The notes below the pieces were generated by a model. It made no database searches, had not been told where the DNA came from, and saw nothing but the letters and a program-made list of their open reading frames with translations. 64,000 nt of DNA from Naegleria gruberi (Eukaryota): the NCBI GenBank assembly GCA_000004985.1, contig GG738924.1; one strand, written 5' to 3'. Positions 21,038-28,649 of the stretch are shown piece after piece; position 1 is the first letter of the stretch; every line of letters starts with the position of its first letter. The translations under genes and the position numbers were made by a program.

Positions 21038-21146
21038 ATATTTTACAATTTCCAATAATTGAATTGTAAACTATTACCCAAACACAACCATCAACTTACT
21101 TTCTAATTGATTTCCACCATTCATTGAGAAAAATCAATGAAAAAAA

Positions 21147-22316
21147 ATGGGAAATTGGATCGCTAAAACATTTTCCACTTTTTCTACGAGAATCAATAAT
21201 TATTATGATTATGATGATAATGCAGAGAATGGTCGTGATGATGAGCAAACAAAAGGCCATAGAATAATTTGCGATTTATTTCGTGATTACGATCTTGATT
21301 GGGTGATTCCGAATAGTGATGATAATTCCGATATTGATGATCAATATTATCATCAATTAGTTTATAATGAAGAGAATATTGGAGTGTTGGAAGAAAAACT
21401 GCCGTGTGAAATCATTGTTTGCATTTTGACTTTTTTGCCTTTTGAAAGTTTAGTAAAACTTGGCAGAGTTTCGAGGAATTTTAGAAATTACTGGATAGAA
21501 TTGCCACAATTATGGAAATCGAGAAGTGATTCTAAAATAATTTCAGAATGTATGATGCCTTTTTGTCCTGTTTTTTCGAAAATTAATCCAGTGATGAATT
21601 CTCTATTCTTTCAAAAGTCAATGAAAGTCAAAATTAATAATTCATTTGTATATTCTGAAATACGGGAAGCAACGGATTTGAGTAGAATACCAATCGTAAT
21701 ACTGTATGTTTTTGTGGAATATTCAATTACTAACTCTTGGGGTCCTTCGATTAGATTTGTTGGTTTGGATAAATGTGGAAAATCGCAACTCATATCCAAA
21801 GCAATGAAACGAGAGAATTTCACAGATTTTTATATTCCTACTATTGGATTAGATACCTGCTCTTGTAGATATCGATATCAAAACAAATTGTTTCATTTCA
21901 ATACATGGGATACGAGTGGTCAGGAAAGATTTAAATTTGTCAACTCTACACTTCACTCGAAAGCAAAAATTAATTGTTTTTGCTTTAGTTTGAATGATTA
22001 TTCATCTTTTGAAAGGTGTAAGGAAAATTATAACGATTGGAAAAAAAGGAATGCTAATTACAAAGTTATGGAATATTTGGAAAATCATAATGGATGTGTT
22101 TTAATACTTGGATTGAAATCTGATCTAGAGCAGAAGGTTCCATCGCAGGAAATTAAAGAACTTCTATTGGTTGAACCGGCCAACTGCAGGTTATATTCGA
22201 ATAGAGTACAATATTTTGCGCTAAGCTCCAAGAATGATACATTTGAAGATTTGATGATACCATTCCTTTATGCTAGGTCAATAACAGAACAACCACAATT
22301 CTTCAATAATTATTAA
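21147..22316 (+). CDS. F-box domain fused to a Rab/Ras-like small GTPase domain (389 aa)
   Basis: The N-terminal F-box reads LPCEIIVCILTFLPFESLVKLGRVSRNFRNYW. The C-terminal GTPase has G1 GLDKCGKS, a switch-I TIG, G3 WDTSGQERF, and a degenerate G4 LGLKSDL. The N-terminus MGNWIAK has Gly at position 2. Confidence 0.6.
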   Translation: MGNWIAKTFSTFSTRINNYYDYDDNAENGRDDEQTKGHRIICDLFRDYDLDWVIPNSDDNSDIDDQYYHQLVYNEENIGVLEEKLPCEIIVCILTFLPFESLVKLGRVSRNFRNYWIELPQLWKSRSDSKIISECMMPFCPVFSKINPVMNSLFFQKSMKVKINNSFVYSEIREATDLSRIPIVILYVFVEYSITNSWGPSIRFVGLDKCGKSQLISKAMKRENFTDFYIPTIGLDTCSCRYRYQNKLFHFNTWDTSGQERFKFVNSTLHSKAKINCFCFSLNDYSSFERCKENYNDWKKRNANYKVMEYLENHNGCVLILGLKSDLEQKVPSQEIKELLLVEPANCRLYSNRVQYFALSSKNDTFEDLMIPFLYARSITEQPQFFNNY

Positions 22317-22348
22317 TAATTGAAAAGTTGTTTGTGAAAATAATTTAT

Positions 22349-23134
22349 TTAACACAAGACAATGACAAATTGAAGAGTTGCCAATAGGAGCAAGCAAGCC
22401 ATATTGAACGTACCCACAGCAGAATTCATCTTGAAGACATATTCTTGTCCAATGTAGGCCCATGATCTTCCATTGTCCTTTCTGGTTGCAACTACATCAA
22501 TATGATAAGCGGCACTCTTCTTCAGATTTAATACGAAACTAGTTGATGAGGTACATCCTTGAAGTTCACTATCTGCAAAGACAGCACATGCACTTCCATG
22601 AACATCTCCATCATCATGTTCTTGTTCAGAGTGAGCATAGACACAATAGTCGATATAGGCAGCATTCTCAACAACTGGATTCCAACTCAATTCAATTTGG
22701 TCACCATTCTGTTTAACAGTGATGGAATCAGAGGATGGGAGGATTGGATATGGATTGGTAGAGGTTGAGTAGAGGAGATTATATCTTGCCTTGACATTAC
22801 CTGAGTTTGTAACCTTGAGATAATAGGTGGAGTTTCCTGGGAGAATACCATAAATACCTTTAAGATTGAATGGAGTAACAACATTTGGAATATCGTCCTT
22901 GGATGATCTGCTCTTATATTTAATTTGTGGAAATATGAAAGAGAATAAGCTATTGCCTGTGGTCAGTTCGCTTGCTTTAGAGACTTGGGATGAGTTGGCA
23001 ATGAACCAATCAATTTTTCCTTCACAAGGAAGAACAAAAACCATCAAATTGGAGCTAGTGACTGGATCTGTTTTAAATTTGTAAAGATTGGTCATACCAT
23101 TCGATTGAATTACTGAAGGAATGGAAACACCCAT
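22349..23134 (-). CDS. Putative secreted or GPI-anchored protein (body, 261 aa). A 19-codon signal-peptide ORF lies in frame upstream but is separated by a TAA.
   Basis: The body ends in a hydrophobic tail MACLLLLATLQFVIVLC and contains an FN3-like segment. Upstream at 23210-23153 the sequence ATGGCAATATTGCTTGTCATTATTTGCTTCATTACTACTCTTTCAATGGCTCAACAATAA encodes MAILLVIICFITTLSMAQQ* in the same frame. Confidence 0.45.
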   Translation of the reverse strand: MGVSIPSVIQSNGMTNLYKFKTDPVTSSNLMVFVLPCEGKIDWFIANSSQVSKASELTTGNSLFSFIFPQIKYKSRSSKDDIPNVVTPFNLKGIYGILPGNSTYYLKVTNSGNVKARYNLLYSTSTNPYPILPSSDSITVKQNGDQIELSWNPVVENAAYIDYCVYAHSEQEHDDGDVHGSACAVFADSELQGCTSSTSFVLNLKKSAAYHIDVVATRKDNGRSWAYIGQEYVFKMNSAVGTFNMACLLLLATLQFVIVLC

Positions 23135-23430
23135 TTGATCAGAGAGATCAATTTATTGTTGAGCCATTGAAAGAGTAGTAATGAAGCAAATAATGACAAG
23201 CAATATTGCCATCAAGGTCTTGAACAGAATTTCTCTGTTGTTTTGAGATTTGTAGAGAAGGAATATATTTTCTTGAACGCTCTTTGGAGAATTATTTTTT
23301 AACCATTTAATTGCCTCTCCACTTTTGGAATTTAATTGGATATTGTGAAATGCAGAGATCGTAACATGTTCAATGTATTTGGTACAGGTTCAATTATTAG
23401 TTGATTTCTGTTATTTATTCGAAACATTAA

Positions 23431-24779
23431 GTGAAATAGTTTAATTTATTTTGTTATTAATATTTCTCACGTATTACTAAGAATCTGTTAACAAATTCAG
23501 TTAATTTACAAGGTTTTGATGATTGGCTTTGATGGCTTTTTACATGTCTTTCTCTTGATACAAATCTTCTTCTTGATTGACTTGCAACACTTTTTCTTTC
23601 CACCAACTAATTTGAATTTCTTACAAATCTTCTTTCCCTTTGAACGTTTCAAACACTTCTTATAATACTTCTTCTTGATACATCTTGGTGGAATGACAAT
23701 TGACTTGGCACAATACTTCTTCTTGTTATATTTCACACATTTGGAAATAGTCTTCTTGTGTTTACAGAACTTGATAGTCTTATGTTTGGCACAGAAGAAT
23801 TTCTTCTTAATGAGACAACATTTCTTAATGGATTTTCTCTCCTTACAATATTTAACCTTCTTATACTTGGCACATTTCTTTGCCCATGAAACAATCTTGC
23901 ACTTTTTAACATATCTACATTTGGCAATCTTCTTATTATAGGAATCAACAGTATACTTATCACAGACTTTCTTCTTTTCACACTTCTTGATTGGAACCTT
24001 CTTGAATTTCTTACAGATCTTCTTGCAACCCTTCTTGACACACTTGTTGACAATCTTGTGTTTGGCACAGAATTTCTTGAAACCCTTCTTAATACAAATC
24101 TTCTTAGTTCCATAAGAATCACAAACTTTCCAATACTTCTTCTTGGCACATCCAACAGTCTTGTATGCATGCAAGACACACTTCTTTGTTGCCTTACTGT
24201 ACTTGTCACATTTGGAATATTTCTTATGTTTGAGACATTTACCAGCACCGACAATTGCATATTGATCACAGACCTTCTTTTGACCGACGAGTTTGTGTTT
24301 CAAACACTTCTTAATCCACTTGTGCTTTAAGCATTTTCTCTTACAAATTCTTGGTTTGTGATACTTGTCAACTACGACAACTGGAGGTTTGGTTTGATAG
24401 CTGTCACTTGCTTGAACTGAGAGGATTGCAAGTAAAAGTAGAATTGCAATTGAAAAGATTAGATTTGTTTTCATTTTTTTGTTGGATAGTAAAGTTCAAA
24501 CACATGGTGCTAATTTAAACCATTTCGAATAGTTTTTCATTTGGAACAAACTCAAAAAGTTAGATGTAAGGTTCCAAATTTGGATGGAAATCTGATTTCC
24601 CTAATGAAACCTTCACTGATTCAATCTACTAATTTACTTTTCAAATATCAACTCATATTTCAAATTTAAATAATGTTATATGATTCGTACATTACAATTA
24701 ATTCAAGTTCTTCTTTCACTTTCAAGGTTTAATGCCTTCTTTTGTGTTTCTATTGAATGAGTAATTCATTAAAAATCTT
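23431..24779. repeat. Segmental duplication copy 1 (~1.35 kb). Its copy is at 33841-35170 in the same orientation.
   Basis: The aligned block starts at gtgaaatagtttaatttattttgttattaatatttctcacgt, runs through the K/C-rich gene and its 5' flank, and ends at ttcaaggtttaatg...tgaatgagtaattcattaaaaatcttt. Only a few substitutions and indels are present. Confidence 0.85.
23506..24474 (-). CDS. Secreted, extremely Lys/Cys-rich basic protein (322 aa), copy 1
   Basis: It starts with a signal peptide MKTNLIFSIAILLLLAILSVQA. The mature part is about 30% Lys and 15% Cys, with reiterated CxKHK, KKC and CAKxK units. The long antisense ORFs in the track are codon-periodicity artefacts. Confidence 0.6.
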   Translation of the reverse strand: MKTNLIFSIAILLLLAILSVQASDSYQTKPPVVVVDKYHKPRICKRKCLKHKWIKKCLKHKLVGQKKVCDQYAIVGAGKCLKHKKYSKCDKYSKATKKCVLHAYKTVGCAKKKYWKVCDSYGTKKICIKKGFKKFCAKHKIVNKCVKKGCKKICKKFKKVPIKKCEKKKVCDKYTVDSYNKKIAKCRYVKKCKIVSWAKKCAKYKKVKYCKERKSIKKCCLIKKKFFCAKHKTIKFCKHKKTISKCVKYNKKKYCAKSIVIPPRCIKKKYYKKCLKRSKGKKICKKFKLVGGKKKCCKSIKKKICIKRKTCKKPSKPIIKTL

Positions 24780-25363
24780 TGGACTCATTCTATGACGTCA
24801 AATATTAATTGACAAGCATTACTTGTTTCTGTGAAAATCACTCGAATATTCACAATACTTCCAATAAGACCAAATCACATGCTTCTTCAGTTGTTGCTAT
24901 TGAAAGTCATGTTTCGTCTGCAAAGAATTGCGACAAGTGCTCGAATGATGATGAAGAGAAAGTTTTGGCAACTCATCGCTGCAAGCAATGTAATTCGTTT
25001 GATTTGTTTTCAAATTGTGAAAGACAATTATTTACAAAAAAAGGATGATGTGCGTAGACAGAAAAAATTGTAATTTGTAATATTGAAAGCAATTTTCACG
25101 TTTCAACCAGTCAGTTATGAGAATTCCATTGAAAAGCTTAAAAAAAAATGACAACCAACAAACCTGTTAGATTTTTCAGTGGCCAAGTCATTGTTACCAA
25201 GAGAACCAATCAATACTTTGAAGTATTTGATTCAGTCTGTGATCAGAAAGCAGACACAGAAACTATGCAAACAGATCAATACAATTATTACATATTTGTT
25301 GCAGTGTTGGCAGATGGAGTGTACAAGTAAAGAATAGAGTAAAGGTGAATGATGTAATCCTAG

Positions 25364-26947
25364 ATGAAATTCATGGTATTAAAGTATATAGAGCATTCGG
25401 AACGAATTATTCCAAACGAACCTTTGCGACTTATTCAACGTGATGAACAATTTGAACACATTGCACAATTCAAAACACTTATAAAAGCAAAGGATGATCC
25501 AAACGATACCAGCTACTTTATGACAACCAAATATTATGAAGGAGGTACTTTAGGTAATACCAAATATGGATTTTCATTTAACTTTGTAATTTCAGTTGGA
25601 AAACAATTAGTTCAAGGTTTGAAAGATATTCACATGAAAATGAGTCTTATCCACAGAGATATAAAGTTAGATAACATTGCTCTTGATCAAGTGGTAGTTG
25701 AAAATAATGAAATTCAAAGCGCAATCATCAAGGTTATTGATTTTGAAAGTGCTGTTTCTATTCAAAATCAGGGAGCTCTTGAAGAAGAAATGTATCATGC
25801 CACTAAAAGTTATCGATGCCCAGATGATATACTACTTTCCACCAAGAGCGAGATTTATGCTCTTGGTTTGATTTTATTTAGAATGTTGTATGGTACCTAT
25901 GGTGAAAGAGACGAATTGCACGTTTCTCAAAATTTCAAAGGTCAACAAGATTACACCGAACAAATGAAAAAAAGCCTTGATGTGAATACAAGATTACACA
26001 GAACAATTATGGATGATTGTAGAATGAAAAGATTATTGAAAAGGATGTTAAGTTACAATCCCCACCAAAGACCAGAATTAGACGAAATAGATTTTGAACT
26101 TAGCATTATTAATACAGCTGTTGATCCACCAATACCACTACCGTGTCTTAGAATCGATGAATCTTATAGACAGAAAAGATGTTTTGAACCTAAATCGGTT
26201 TATTTGGAAGATATTGCTGACATGTTTAATGTTGATGTTCTTTCCATGACACCTGAAAATATTCTCAGCTTTTGTGACAACAATGAATGTGCTGGATTGA
26301 GTTCTGATTACTTTATTCAAGATACATGTGTTATGATTATTTGTAAGATTATGAATGTTGAACCACATCCAGACAAAAATCAAACACGTAAGCTTTGTAA
26401 ACTTGAAAAGGAACATTTAAACAAGTTGGGCTATGCCATGAAAGAATTCGAGTTGAATTTAGGACAAAACCTATCAAGAGTCAACAAACTTTTTGAAAAA
26501 CAAAGAAAAAACAAAAATCCAAAAGAAATATTAGATATGGTAAATGAGAATCTTGAAGTTAATCCAAATTTGAAGAAAACAGCCAGTGATATACTGCAAC
26601 TTGTAGATATGATAAGACCACAGCTTAATCTACTATCGACACCATCCTCAGACACCGAAAACATCGATGATGGCGATTCTCGTTTTCTGAAGTTGTTTCC
26701 AATTTCAAATGGTTCATCAAGTCAAAAACCAACCAAAATTGTAAAAGTGCAATGCTTGAACGGTGGTGATGAAAAAACTATTGATGTAACCAATTTTGAT
26801 GTTATGGGTACTCAATGTCAACAGAGATTTCAAAATGAAAAACTGATTGCAATCTTGAAACAGAACAAATTTGTTGATTTATTGGAAGAATTGCAAGATG
26901 GAGAAACATACGTTGTTATTACAAGAGACTATTTTTTAAACAAGTAA
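25364..26947 (+). CDS. Protein-kinase-like domain protein (527 aa). The N-lobe motifs were not found in this ORF, so it is either a pseudokinase or has upstream exons.
   Basis: The catalytic loop reads HRDIKLDNIALD. DFE replaces DFG (DFESAVS). Subdomain IX reads SEIYALGLILFRMLYG and subdomain XI reads HQRPEL. No GxGxxG loop or VAIK lysine is present. Upstream ORFs at 24809-25048 (CxxC/HxC zinc-finger-like) and 25148-25330 are in the same orientation. Confidence 0.6.
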   Translation: MKFMVLKYIEHSERIIPNEPLRLIQRDEQFEHIAQFKTLIKAKDDPNDTSYFMTTKYYEGGTLGNTKYGFSFNFVISVGKQLVQGLKDIHMKMSLIHRDIKLDNIALDQVVVENNEIQSAIIKVIDFESAVSIQNQGALEEEMYHATKSYRCPDDILLSTKSEIYALGLILFRMLYGTYGERDELHVSQNFKGQQDYTEQMKKSLDVNTRLHRTIMDDCRMKRLLKRMLSYNPHQRPELDEIDFELSIINTAVDPPIPLPCLRIDESYRQKRCFEPKSVYLEDIADMFNVDVLSMTPENILSFCDNNECAGLSSDYFIQDTCVMIICKIMNVEPHPDKNQTRKLCKLEKEHLNKLGYAMKEFELNLGQNLSRVNKLFEKQRKNKNPKEILDMVNENLEVNPNLKKTASDILQLVDMIRPQLNLLSTPSSDTENIDDGDSRFLKLFPISNGSSSQKPTKIVKVQCLNGGDEKTIDVTNFDVMGTQCQQRFQNEKLIAILKQNKFVDLLEELQDGETYVVITRDYFLNK

Positions 26948-28649
26948 CGTTTCCTTAATAAAACATTCAAAAAAACGTTTTAAATGTTGTCTAGAATGTT
27001 GTTGAAACCCTTAATTTTCAGAGCCGAAAGGTTACTCTACAATAGCAACTCCACCTAAGAGAGTCTTATTAGAAACGTTACCTTCCCAGTCTAGTCTTCA
27101 TCTCTCCTTTGAGGATCAGCTAATCCCACTCGCAACTGGTGAACAATTTAAGAAAGCACTCCCTTATCATCATATTGCTTGTTAGACAGTTAAAAGCCCT
27201 TGGGTTTTATAAAAAGAGATTCAGTGCAGAGATTGCCAACTGAATACACGACCATTTCTAGTATTGGAATTATCCTGTATGGAATGAAGAGAAATCATAG
27301 GGATAATACATTGTATTAGAGTTATCACAGTGGACCCATCATTGTTGATCTAAATCTGCCTCTTAATTATACGTATTATCTTCAAGAAAATGTTAAAGAA
27401 GATATAAATGGCAATGATTGCATTAGTTGCTCAACACAGAGAAACTTTGCAGAAACCCACAAGTTGATTGATTCAATTGATTCATTTAGTCCAATGAATT
27501 GGCCAGGAGTTAATCCAAGTATGAGAGATACAGAATCCCTTCAAATTATCATGAAAGATATTGAGAAACATAGAATAACTAGTTCTCATGTTTATCATTG
27601 GATGGAAGGAGTTGAATTGAAATATTCAGATGGAGGAAAGATTTGGTTTCATTTTACAATTGAAAATGCATATGTAATGGTTGATTATCAATCTTCTAGT
27701 TTATTTTAGAGAGAGTGGATTGTTATACTAATAGAATAATCAAATTAATAGTAAGAGAAAGATTGAAAAAGTAAAAGTAGGAAGACAGGGAATCAAACTC
27801 TGATCTTTGGAACCACAATCCCACTAAACCATCTCCCTCATTGCATTCTTACATTTAGAATAATTTAAGTATATTAAGGGTTTGGTCAGGCAAATTAGTT
27901 GATATGCAAATGGGAACAATCTTCTTATAAATTACATCTTTCATAATAATCTTGAGTGTGATTTTGCAAATAGATTTGATTAGAAATAGTTTATTCCTTT
28001 TCTTTGTATGATACAATTTTCAATGCTAATAGTTTCGCTCGCAGTTAGCAAATTTGAGGTCTATATTGATCAAGATGATATGCCTATTATTGAATATGTG
28101 TTGTTACTATTACACATAACAATCCGAGCACTTCTTTACCATCTAGCATCCCAAACATCACTATATTCATGTCTATGTGGCAATGATTCAATTCCACTCA
28201 AAGTACAATCCTTTGTAGTCTTTGATAAAACGGAACGAGTCATTGTTCTTCCGGCTCCATGATATTCGGCTTTCCAATACTTGTTAGAGTGAAGTGTTTT
28301 TGTTATTTTTAGATTTTAAAAATAAATTTGAACACTTTGAGTTCTTCTGGTGTTCATTGTAATTATACACATGAATTTTGTTGATAATAAAAGTTGTAGT
28401 CTACATGTGATGAGCAATGATAAATTGTGTTTCTTTTCATGAAGATTAGAATACACAATTAACTTCTTATTATTAGTATGAGCCCATCTTCACATATTTT
28501 TTGAAACAAAAAGCTGGGCTCTGGCGATAATAACATCATCAAGCTGTGCTTTATTTGATGATGAAGTATTTATTAGACTGCTTATTTAAAGCGTATACGA
28601 GCAATCATTGTACAATCTACACAATCATCATTCATCACAACATCAAAAA

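Noticed and set aside
23675-24330. Long antisense and overlapping ORFs inside the Lys/Cys-rich genes (23675-23941, 23733-24269, 24058-24330, and the equivalents 34088-34354, 34146-34682)
   Set aside because: These are artefacts of strong codon periodicity (AAG/AAA/TGT repeats) in the real minus-strand gene. They encode implausible Arg/Ser/Val- or Leu/Phe-rich peptides and lack independent start or stop support.
27777-27845. Possible minus-strand tRNA
   Set aside because: The acceptor and T-stem pair, but the T-loop has T at the position of the near-invariant C56, there is one T-stem mismatch, and no convincing D or anticodon arm. I treat it as a remnant at best.
28608-28649. Track start codons at 28608, 60639, 3893, 15742, 48128 and 63985
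   Set aside because: These are TTG or GTG alternative starts used by the ORF finder. For nuclear genes I moved the starts to the first in-frame ATG or to splice acceptors.
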